A stretch of DNA of 64,000 nt, from assembly GCA_025965215.1 (NCBI GenBank), contig JAOPXI010000036.1, forward strand, positions 2,915 through 66,914. The letters run 5' to 3'. A program made the translations under genes and the position numbers. Below are positions 17,727 through 29,249 of the stretch, piece after piece; position 1 is the first letter of the stretch, and every line of letters starts with the position of its first letter. Source of the DNA: Marmoricola sp. (GTDB taxonomy: Bacteria > Actinomycetota > Actinomycetes > Propionibacteriales > Nocardioidaceae). The notes beneath the pieces were generated by a model, which was not told where the DNA came from, ran no database searches, and saw nothing but the letters and a program-made list of their open reading frames with translations.

Positions 17727-18488
17727 ATGTTCTCGGCCCGTCCTCCTTCCCTTGCCTGCACGGCGGCGATCGCGCTCGTGTGCCTGCTCGGCACGACAGC
17801 CTGCGCTTCGAAGAACAGCTCCCCCTCCTCCGAGGCCGTCGACCCGCACCCGACCCAGACGACGACGCCGGCCGAGACGATCACCGCGGACCCGACGGCG
17901 ACGAGCACCGGGTCCGGGTCCAACTCTGGGTCCCTCGTGAGGCCCGCAACCCTGACCGACCGGTTGCTCGCCACCGGTGCCGTGCCGGGCCTGAACGCGA
18001 CCTGGCACTGGCAGGACGGCCAGACCGGGACGGCCGGACCCGATCCGTTCGGGGTGTGCGCGAAGGTCGACCTGGCGAGCATCGGCGCCACCCAGGTGGT
18101 CCAGCGGACCTACTTCCCTCCCGTGGACACCGATGACAACGCGGGCGAGCAGATCGCCGAGTTCCCTGACGCTGCGACCGCGACCCGGGCAGCGCACGTC
18201 CTGCTCAGCTGGCATGACAAGTGCACCGCGCCCGACCTGTCCGACAAGAACTTCAAGGTCGGCGCGACGACGGCCGCGCCGGCCGGTCCCGCGACCGGCA
18301 CCTGGTACCTGGCGACCTGGTCCCCGACCGGGAGCGACGAGGGCCGCACCGAGGCGTTCGGCATCGTGACGGCGGGCACCAGGATCGCCGTCCTGCGGAT
18401 CGACCGCGGCACGCAGGCCTTCCACTACCCCGCGGGCCACGATCCGATGGTCGCCATGGTGCAGGCCGCGGCTGCCGGACTCAGCTGA
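17727..18488 (+). CDS. Putative secreted lipoprotein (possible PknH-like sensor-type ectodomain)
   Basis: Signal peptide ending LLGTTAC, an S/T/P linker and two Cys in the globular part. The family call is tentative. Confidence 0.6.
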   Translation: MFSARPPSLACTAAIALVCLLGTTACASKNSSPSSEAVDPHPTQTTTPAETITADPTATSTGSGSNSGSLVRPATLTDRLLATGAVPGLNATWHWQDGQTGTAGPDPFGVCAKVDLASIGATQVVQRTYFPPVDTDDNAGEQIAEFPDAATATRAAHVLLSWHDKCTAPDLSDKNFKVGATTAAPAGPATGTWYLATWSPTGSDEGRTEAFGIVTAGTRIAVLRIDRGTQAFHYPAGHDPMVAMVQAAAAGLS

Positions 18489-18527
18489 ATCCGGGCCGAT
18501 GTTTCCGGTTCGGCGTAGGTTGAAACC

Positions 18528-19151
18528 ATGACGGATCGGGCACACCACCGCCCCTCGTTGCCGGGCTCCGGCCATTTCGAGGCGATCGAGACGACCGCGC
18601 ACGGAGCCGACCCCGCGGTACTGGCGGAGGCCGCCGATCGTGCGGCCACAGCGCTGGTCCGCGGCGCCCGGGACCAGGTCGACGCCGACCTGGTCTCACG
18701 GGTCGTGCACCTGGCCGACACGGAAGGCCTCGACACGCTGGCTGACCTGTGGGCGGGCGCACCCGCCGAGAGTCTGGCGGGGGTGCTCTGGCGTTTGTAC
18801 GTCCTGCGAGCCTGGGTGTACGCCGATCCGGAGACGGCAGCCCTCGAGTTCGACCGCGGCAGGAGGCTCGCCCCGGTCGCCGAGGCCATCTCCGGCGTCG
18901 AGGACCCGCCTGGCCCCGCCGAGGTTCGTGCCCTGGTGGATGCGGTCCTGGGCGGCGTCGTGGTCGGCGACTTCGCCGACACCCTGTTCCGGGCTGCGGC
19001 GTTCGCCCGGGTGGCTGCGGCGGGTCGCGCCCAGCACGAATCGGCAGGCGGATCGTCGTACGACAACGACCTCGCGGCGGCACGGCTCCTGACCCTGGCT
19101 GATCAACTCGAACGCTCAGGACGGCTGGAACTCAGCGGAATGCTGGGCTGA
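18528..19151 (+). CDS. Conserved hypothetical protein
   Basis: The ORF has good coding bias. I recognised no family. Confidence 0.55.
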   Translation: MTDRAHHRPSLPGSGHFEAIETTAHGADPAVLAEAADRAATALVRGARDQVDADLVSRVVHLADTEGLDTLADLWAGAPAESLAGVLWRLYVLRAWVYADPETAALEFDRGRRLAPVAEAISGVEDPPGPAEVRALVDAVLGGVVVGDFADTLFRAAAFARVAAAGRAQHESAGGSSYDNDLAAARLLTLADQLERSGRLELSGMLG

Positions 19152-19167
19152 GCGTTAGAATGGCAGA

Positions 19168-19248
19168 GCGCCGGGCCGTGGCAGCCCCGGGACCTAAAAA
19201 CAGCCGCTTCGAGCGGCCACGCGCCGTGAGGCGCTCCCGGCCCGGCGC
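19168..19248 (+). other. Predicted structured 5' leader (three-way junction) upstream of the PemK-like gene
   Basis: An 11-bp outer pairing, GCGCCGGGCCG (19168-19178) with CGGCCCGGCGC (19238-19248), encloses two hairpins: GCCGC-TTCGA-GCGGC (19203-19217) and GCGCC-GUGA-GGCGC (19221-19234, GNRA loop). A TAGAAT -10-like hexamer sits at 19156-19161. Confidence 0.3.
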
Positions 19249-19281
19249 ACCCACTCCCCAGGCATTGGCTACGGTCGTGCC

Positions 19282-19698
19282 ATGGCATTCCGACTCCCTG
19301 GGCTCGGCGGCAAGCCGAAGCCCGGGGTGAGCTACGCACCGGTCCACAACGGTCGACCCGATCCCGGCGAGGTCGTCTGGACCTGGGTCCCGTACGAGGA
19401 GGACCCGACGCGGGGCAAGGATCGTCCCGTGCTGGTGCTCGCCGTGGGCGGAGGCCGGATCGTCGCGCTGCCGCTGACCAGCAAGGATCACGACCGCGAC
19501 GAACGCCAGGAAGCACGTGCCGGCCGGCTGTGGATGGACGTCGGGACGGGAGACTGGGATCGGCAGCACCGGCCCAGCGAGGTGCGTCTGAACCGGGTGC
19601 TGGACCTCAGCGCGTACGACGTGCGTCGCGAAGGGGCAGCTCTTCCCCGGGAGATCTTCAACGAGGTGCTCGCCGCGGCGCGGCCGTACCTGCCCTGA
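19282..19698 (+). CDS. PemK/MazF-family toxin-like protein (solitary)
   Basis: PDPGEVVWTWVPYEEDPTRGKDRPVLVL and LPLTSKDH match the actinobacterial PemK-like family. There is no adjacent antitoxin-sized ORF. Confidence 0.65.
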   Translation: MAFRLPGLGGKPKPGVSYAPVHNGRPDPGEVVWTWVPYEEDPTRGKDRPVLVLAVGGGRIVALPLTSKDHDRDERQEARAGRLWMDVGTGDWDRQHRPSEVRLNRVLDLSAYDVRREGAALPREIFNEVLAAARPYLP

Positions 19699-19723
19699 AG
19701 CCGGCGCTGAATCAGGCGCCGGG

Positions 19724-23500
<3,777 letters not shown>

Positions 23501-23524
23501 AACACCCCCAGTCTGACGAACCCC

Positions 23525-23591
23525 GACGGGCCCGCGCCACTCAGGTCGCGGGCCCGTCGTCCGGTCCCTCGTCCGGGGGGTCTGAGGGACC
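23525..23591 (-). terminator. Two tandem GC-rich hairpins between the small Gly-rich gene and hrpA
   Basis: The first is GACGGGCCCGCG-N10-CGCGGGCCCGTC (23525-23558, 12-bp stem). The second is GGTCCCTC-N13-GAGGGACC (23563-23591). There is no U-tract, which is common for high-GC terminators. Confidence 0.45.
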
Positions 23592-23605
23592 GGTCCGGCC
23601 AGGGT

Positions 23606-24058
23606 CTAGCCCGCTGGGCTGCTCGGCGTTGCGGGCACCGGGCCGGGGCCTGTCGGTCCGTTCTGCTGCCCGTTCTGGGGGGCGTTAAGCCCGCCGGGGC
23701 CGCCGTTGAAACCGTAGCCGCCCCCGAATCGTCCGAAGCCCGGTCCGCGCCGACCGTCCGGGCCGCCCGCGAACCGCGCGATGCGGTCGCCGTGGCCGTC
23801 ACCGGTGGTCGCAGCGACGATCCCGGCCCCGCCGGCTCCACCGAGGAGCAACGACGCGATGCCGACAGCCAGCAGCGAGCGGAAGGACCACACCTGGTCA
23901 CGCAGACGAGGTCCCGGTACGCGCGCCGGCACCGGTGCGGCCACCTCGGGCGCTGTCGGTGCCACTCTCTCAGCCGTGATCTCCGCCGGGGTCTCGGCGG
24001 GAGTGTTCTCGGGCGTGTTCTCTTCCATGAGGACCAGAGTGCGCCCCGAACCTGTCAC
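23606..24058 (-). CDS. Small membrane protein with a Gly-rich C-terminal tail
   Basis: One TM segment (LLAVGIASLLLGGAGGAGIV) is followed by GFGRFGGGYGFNGGPGG. The start is GTG 24058 or ATG 24028. Confidence 0.5.
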   Translation of the reverse strand: MTGSGRTLVLMEENTPENTPAETPAEITAERVAPTAPEVAAPVPARVPGPRLRDQVWSFRSLLAVGIASLLLGGAGGAGIVAATTGDGHGDRIARFAGGPDGRRGPGFGRFGGGYGFNGGPGGLNAPQNGQQNGPTGPGPVPATPSSPAG

Positions 24059-24059
24059 C

Positions 24060-24119
24060 CACCTGTGATTTCACCACGAGTAGGCACAGGTGCGGGCTCC
24101 CACGTTCACAGGTTTCACA
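24060..24119. promoter_or_regulatory. Repeat-rich divergent promoter region (inverted repeat plus TTCAC(A) direct repeats)
   Basis: CACCTGTG (24060-24067) and CACAGGTG (24085-24092) form an inverted repeat. TTCACA occurs at 24105 and 24114, and TTCAC at 24070. The region lies directly upstream of the OmpR-type regulator. Confidence 0.25.
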
Positions 24120-24166
24120 CAGCAGATTCATGGCAGTTGCCCGATTTCGTGAGCGACCCTTGATCC

Positions 24167-24898
24167 ATGAGCGCTGCGCGTGGACCTGAACTGACCCGGA
24201 TCGACGGCACCCCCGTCCGAGTCCTCGTCGTCTACGACGAGGTCAACATCGCCGAGCTGCTGCGGATGGCCCTGCGCTACGAAGGCTGGGACGTCGAGGT
24301 GGCCCACACCGGCACCAAGGCGGTCGCTGCCGCCCGCAAGTTCGACCCGGACGCGATCGTGCTGGACATGATGTTGCCCGACTTCGACGGCATGGAGGTG
24401 CTCCGCAAGCTGCGCGCCGACGCTGACGACGTACCGGTGCTGTTCCTGACCGCGCGTGACGCCGTGGAGGACCGGGTCGCCGGTCTCACCGCCGGCGGTG
24501 ACGACTACGTGACCAAGCCGTTCGCGCTCGAGGAGGTGGTGGCCAGGCTGCGCGCCCTGATGCGTCGTGCCGGCGCCCAGCAGACTGCCGACCACTCGGT
24601 CCTGGCCGTCGGTGACCTGATCCTGGACGAGGACAGCCACGACGTCTCCCGGGCCGGCTCGCCGATCTCGCTGACCGCGACCGAGTTCGAGCTCCTCCGC
24701 TACCTGATGCGCAACCCGAAGCGGGTCCTGTCCAAGGCGCAGATCCTCGACCGGGTCTGGAACTACGACTTCGGCGGACAGGCCAATGTCGTCGAGCTCT
24801 ACATCTCCTACCTGCGCAAGAAGGTCGACGCAGGTCGCGAACCGATGATCCACACGATGCGCGGGGCCGGCTACGTGCTCAAACCCGTGGAGGGCTGA
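24167..24898 (+). CDS. OmpR/PhoB-family response regulator (no cognate kinase adjacent)
   Basis: The receiver has AIVLDMMLPDFDG, VLFLTAR and YVTKPF. The winged helix has LTATEFELLRYL and IHTMRGAGY. The N-terminal acidic pocket reads YDE instead of DDE/EDE. Confidence 0.88.
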   Translation: MSAARGPELTRIDGTPVRVLVVYDEVNIAELLRMALRYEGWDVEVAHTGTKAVAAARKFDPDAIVLDMMLPDFDGMEVLRKLRADADDVPVLFLTARDAVEDRVAGLTAGGDDYVTKPFALEEVVARLRALMRRAGAQQTADHSVLAVGDLILDEDSHDVSRAGSPISLTATEFELLRYLMRNPKRVLSKAQILDRVWNYDFGGQANVVELYISYLRKKVDAGREPMIHTMRGAGYVLKPVEG

Positions 24899-24901
24899 GC
24901 C

Positions 24902-25585
24902 TCAGCGGGTGGCCTCGACCACGATCTGGGCGCCGCCCTCACCGACCCGCACGTCGTGACCGCGGAGCGCCTCGTGCTCGCTCTGGCCCAGCTGGCACTC
25001 GATCACCGAGTGGAACCCGGCGCTCTTGAGCTCATACTCCAGCGCGTCGAAGTCGTAGAGGTAGCCCTCGTGGTGGCCGAACGAGCCGATCGGGATCCTG
25101 ATCAGGTCCACGGGGTGCTCGACGACGAGGCCCATCTCGCGGTACGCGAGGCCGACCTCGCCGGTCAGGCTGGACTGGCCGGCCAAGTAGAGCTCGACGT
25201 GCTTCCTGATGTCCGGGGTGACGAGCCGGATCACGCCACCGGGCACCATCGAGCGGTAGGCCTGTTGCAGCATCGCGCGGCCCGCTGCGAGCGGCAGGTG
25301 CTCGATCACGTTGTCCGAGTAGACGTACTGGACGCTGCCGTCCGGCGTCGGCCACGGCTTCGTGCAGTCCAGGTAGTTGCGGGTCGTCGCGTTGACGTTG
25401 GTGACCACGAAGCCCTCGCGCGGTTCGAGGCCACCGATCTCGACCTTCAACGGTCGCGGCGACGCGGCCAGCGCGCGCGCCGTCCGTGCCGTGGCGACCG
25501 GCTTGTTGACGGTGCGGACCGTCTCCCGGATCGCGACACGGAGCCGGGGGGCCTTGAGCAGAAAAGCGGGGTTCCGGAGATTCAC
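24902..25585 (-). CDS. Class I SAM-dependent methyltransferase
   Basis: Motifs VEIGGLEPREGF, SDNVIEHLPL and MVPGGVIRLVTPD (Methyltransf_11/23-like). Confidence 0.75.
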   Translation of the reverse strand: MNLRNPAFLLKAPRLRVAIRETVRTVNKPVATARTARALAASPRPLKVEIGGLEPREGFVVTNVNATTRNYLDCTKPWPTPDGSVQYVYSDNVIEHLPLAAGRAMLQQAYRSMVPGGVIRLVTPDIRKHVELYLAGQSSLTGEVGLAYREMGLVVEHPVDLIRIPIGSFGHHEGYLYDFDALEYELKSAGFHSVIECQLGQSEHEALRGHDVRVGEGGAQIVVEATR

Positions 25586-25606
25586 GCGGCGAACGCTACC
25601 GGACCG

Positions 25607-26752
25607 TCAGCCGCGGCGACGCGGGTTCCGGCCAACCACGCGGCCCTGCGCGTCGATGCCCAGCAGGTTCTGGGTGAACTCCTCGATCGTGGCCGGTGGA
25701 ACGCTGTTGTGGCGAGGCGCATCCGGGTCGCGCTCCAGCACGGTGCGCAGGGCAGCACCGATGCTCTCCGGGGTCAGGTCGGCGACGGCGCCTCCGTCGG
25801 TCGCGACCAGCTCGCGGGCCCGTACGACGGAACCCGCCGTGACCACCGGCACCCCTGCGGCCAGGGCCTTGCCCATGATCCCGCTCGGGCCGTTGTTGGT
25901 CAGCGCGATCGGGACGGCATCCACAGCAGCCACCAACTGGTCCAGGAGCTCGTTGGTGAGGAACCCGTCCCGGACGATCACCCGGGCGCGATCGGTCGCC
26001 GAGAGGCCGTTGACCCAGGCCCACACCTCGGGACGTACGCCTCCGGCCAGCAGCAGGTCGGCGTCGAGGTCGGCACTTTTCAGCGCGTCCAGGATCAGGG
26101 GCGCGTTCTTGCGCTCCTCGATGACGCCGTAGATCCCGACGATGGTGCGGTCCTGCGGCAGGTCCAGCGCGGCTCTCAGCGCGACCCGGTCACGCGCATG
26201 GGCGCTGCAGATCTCCGGGTCCCGCGCCCGCCGCACGATCCACCCGCGGCTCATGTCGTCGCGGCCGGCGAACCCGGCGACGTGGTGCAGCGAACCGGTG
26301 GCGCGGGCAGCGAGAGCGAGACCCGCCTTGGGGATCCGCAGCTTCCAGCCCACCAGGTCGGTGAGCCCGAGCTTGGCCGGGTACCGGGTGAGCATGAAGA
26401 CGACCCGTGGCTTGTGGCTCAGGCCACGGAAGGCCCGGCCGGCAACCAGCCACCACTTCTTGAGCGACTGGTCCGCATCCATGACCACGACGGTGTCGAC
26501 GTCGCCGGTGCGAGCCAGATCGGCAACCGCCGCGGCGATCTGGGCAGTCGGCGGGTAGATCTGGTCGAACCGCTCGTCGACCTTGAGGTCGATGTCGGCG
26601 AGGTAGACGTCGAAGGCCTTCGTGGCCTGGGCGCCGTACGAAGTCAGCAGCAGGATCTCGGACCCGTGCCTGGCGGCCTCGACAGCGACGTTCAGCACGG
26701 CCTGGAACCGGTGTCCGCCGGGATCTGGCTCGACGATGACGGTCACGGACAC
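25607..26752 (-). CDS. GT-B fold glycosyltransferase (GT1/GT4-like)
   Basis: The size and C-terminal half (GIYGVIEERKN ... SGIMGKALAAGVPVV) resemble GT-B enzymes. The match is weaker than for its neighbour. Confidence 0.65.
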   Translation of the reverse strand: MSVTVIVEPDPGGHRFQAVLNVAVEAARHGSEILLLTSYGAQATKAFDVYLADIDLKVDERFDQIYPPTAQIAAAVADLARTGDVDTVVVMDADQSLKKWWLVAGRAFRGLSHKPRVVFMLTRYPAKLGLTDLVGWKLRIPKAGLALAARATGSLHHVAGFAGRDDMSRGWIVRRARDPEICSAHARDRVALRAALDLPQDRTIVGIYGVIEERKNAPLILDALKSADLDADLLLAGGVRPEVWAWVNGLSATDRARVIVRDGFLTNELLDQLVAAVDAVPIALTNNGPSGIMGKALAAGVPVVTAGSVVRARELVATDGGAVADLTPESIGAALRTVLERDPDAPRHNSVPPATIEEFTQNLLGIDAQGRVVGRNPRRRG

Positions 26753-26783
26753 GCGGCATCCTCCTTGGTGGGCTTGTCGTGGG

Positions 26784-27929
26784 TCACGGACGGAACGAGA
26801 TCCGTTGATTGTCGTTCATCAGCAGCCGGCCGCCACCGTTGGCCTGCCGACGCTCGATCTCCTCGGTCAGGTTCAACGCCCAACCGGCAGGGCTGGCGCG
26901 CCGGGACAGCGACCGGCTGATCTCGGACATCTCCGCGAGCCTCTCGGGCGACTGCGTGCTCATCTCGAGCATCGCGCGCGACCAGTGACCGACGTGGCCG
27001 GCGGTCACCTGCCAGCCGTTGTAGCCGTCCTGGACGAACACCGGCGCCGACCCGGAGAACTCGGTGACCAGCAGTGGAAGTCCCGAGGCCGCTGCCTCGT
27101 GGACGACGACCCCGAACGGCTCGATGTGGGAGGTCAGCGTCAGGCAGCTGACCTGCCGCATCAGCTCGGCGACCTCGTCCGGCGGCAGGAACCCGTGCAT
27201 CGTGACCCCGGGGATCGCACCGATCACCGCCTCCATCGGGCCGATGCCGACCACGTGCAGGTCCCACGGGTCATCGGCGAGCTCGCGGTAGCGGGCGTAC
27301 GCCGCAGCAAGGACGTCGGCGCCCTTGTGGTCGACCAGACGACCGACCGAGAGGAACGCCCGCCGGGAGCCGAGCTCCTGCGCGGTGCGGGCCTCGGAGT
27401 GGAACATGCGCGTGTCGCCGACCGCGCCGCCGCGGATGATGTCGGCCGGCTCGAAGCCGAGGCGGCGAGCGTAGAACTCGGTGCGGTCACTCGGCACCAG
27501 GGCGGCATCCGCGACGTTGTCGACGTACCAGCGATGGGTCAGGCGTCCGAGCCACTGGCGGGGAGCTGCGCGCCAGAGGTTGTCCATGTACATGATCCGC
27601 ACCGTCTCGGCAGGCACCGCCTTCATCACTGCCCGGTAGGCCTTGGAGAAGTTCCAGGCGGTCATCAGGACGGCATCCGGTTCGAACGCGCGTACCGTCG
27701 CGACCAGCTCGGCAGGTGCTGGATCCTGCTGCCAGGCGTGCACCTCGGCGTACTCGCTCGCGTGGTCGAGGACTGTGAAAGCGGTGTCACGCATCGCGCC
27801 CACGGAGGCGTCCGCGGAACCGGGGGTCACCAGCAGAACCGTGTGCCCGAGGTCGGCGAGTGCGCGGAACTCGGCATCGAGATAACCGGTCATGCCGTTG
27901 ATGAGCAAGGCGATACGCACGGCGCACAC
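26784..27929 (-). CDS. Glycosyltransferase family 4
   Basis: Motifs [12 protein letters not shown] and the E-x7-E motif [21 protein letters not shown] at VRIALL is a possible alternative start. Confidence 0.8.
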   Translation of the reverse strand: MCAVRIALLINGMTGYLDAEFRALADLGHTVLLVTPGSADASVGAMRDTAFTVLDHASEYAEVHAWQQDPAPAELVATVRAFEPDAVLMTAWNFSKAYRAVMKAVPAETVRIMYMDNLWRAAPRQWLGRLTHRWYVDNVADAALVPSDRTEFYARRLGFEPADIIRGGAVGDTRMFHSEARTAQELGSRRAFLSVGRLVDHKGADVLAAAYARYRELADDPWDLHVVGIGPMEAVIGAIPGVTMHGFLPPDEVAELMRQVSCLTLTSHIEPFGVVVHEAAASGLPLLVTEFSGSAPVFVQDGYNGWQVTAGHVGHWSRAMLEMSTQSPERLAEMSEISRSLSRRASPAGWALNLTEEIERRQANGGGRLLMNDNQRISFRP

Positions 27930-28009
27930 CCTACTGCTGGCCCGGTGCAGTCGACGGCCGTTTACATCGCAGACACGACCCGGACACTCTGTCCACCTAC
28001 GTTCGAAAC

Positions 28010-29179
28010 GTGAAGATCGCCATCGCAGGCACTGGCTACGTCGGCTTGTCCAACGCGGTCATCCTGGCCCAGCACCACGAGGTGTGGGCGCTGGACCTGA
28101 TCGCGGAGAAGGTCGAGATGATCAACGCACGGCGCTCCCCGATCGTCGACGCCGAGCTCGAGGACTACCTGGCCACCCGTGACCTGGACCTGACAGCGAC
28201 CCTGGACAAGCACCGGGCCTACGTCGGCGCGGCCTACGTGGTGGTGGCAACGCCGACCAACTACGACCCCGCCACCAACTACTTCGACACCGGGTCGGTC
28301 GAGTCCGTCATCGCCGACGTCGTCCAGATCGCTCCCGAGGCATCGATCGTGGTGAAGTCGACCGTCCCGGTCGGCTTCACCGCGCGGGTGCGCGAGCGCC
28401 ACCCGGGGGCCTCGATCATCTTCTCCCCCGAGTTCCTGCGCGAGGGCCATGCCCTGCACGACAACCTGTACCCCTCGCGGATCGTCATCGGGTCGGAGAC
28501 CGAGCCGGCGCACCTCTTCGCAAAGCTGCTCGTCGAGGGCGCGCTCAAGACCGACATCGACGTACTCTTCACCGGCTCGACCGAGGCGGAGGCGATCAAG
28601 CTGTTCGCCAACACGTTCCTTGCCCTGCGGGTCGCGTACTTCAACGAGCTCGACACCTACGCGCTGAGCCACGGCCTGGACACCCGCCAGATCATCGAGG
28701 GCGTCGGCCTCGACCCCCGGATCGGCAAGCACTACAACAACCCGTCCTTCGGGTACGGCGGCTACTGCCTGCCCAAGGACACCAAGCAGCTCCAGGCCAA
28801 CTACCGCGAGGTCCCGCAGAACCTCATCAGCGCGATCGTCGATGCCAACACCACCCGCAAGGACTTCATCGCAGCCGACATCCTGCGCCGCCGCCCGCGA
28901 ACCGTCGGCATCTACCGGCTGATCATGAAGGCCGGCTCGGACAACTTCCGGGAGTCCTCGATCCAGGGAGTGATGAAGCGGATCAAGGCCAAGGGCGTCG
29001 AGGTGATCATCTACGAGCCCGGCTTCTGCGACGACCTGTTCTTCAACTCCGAGGTGATCAACGATCTCGACGACTTCAAGAAGCGCTCCGACGTGATCGT
29101 CGCGAACCGACGCTCCGAGGCGCTCGACGACGTCGCGGGCAAGGTCTACACACGGGACATCTACGGCAACGACGAGTAG
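28010..29179 (+). CDS. ugd: UDP-glucose 6-dehydrogenase
   Basis: Motifs [23 protein letters not shown] and the catalytic [10 protein letters not shown]. The protein is 389 aa with a GTG start. Confidence 0.9.
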   Translation: MKIAIAGTGYVGLSNAVILAQHHEVWALDLIAEKVEMINARRSPIVDAELEDYLATRDLDLTATLDKHRAYVGAAYVVVATPTNYDPATNYFDTGSVESVIADVVQIAPEASIVVKSTVPVGFTARVRERHPGASIIFSPEFLREGHALHDNLYPSRIVIGSETEPAHLFAKLLVEGALKTDIDVLFTGSTEAEAIKLFANTFLALRVAYFNELDTYALSHGLDTRQIIEGVGLDPRIGKHYNNPSFGYGGYCLPKDTKQLQANYREVPQNLISAIVDANTTRKDFIAADILRRRPRTVGIYRLIMKAGSDNFRESSIQGVMKRIKAKGVEVIIYEPGFCDDLFFNSEVINDLDDFKKRSDVIVANRRSEALDDVAGKVYTRDIYGNDE

Positions 29180-29249
29180 TCCTCGCGCTCACAGGAGCCG
29201 CACAGACTGACCACACGGTCGCCGCAGCGCGTCCCGCCAACCTCGGGGC

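Noticed and set aside
17028-18602. A 524-aa minus-strand ORF across the rnd 3' end and the lipoprotein gene
   Set aside because: It is a shadow frame with an Arg/Gly-rich translation. It spans an intergenic gap of the real plus-strand genes.
24956-26920. A 654-aa plus-strand ORF across the methyltransferase and GT genes
   Set aside because: It is antisense to three genes with recognisable SAM-MT and GT-B motifs, and it has no domains of its own.
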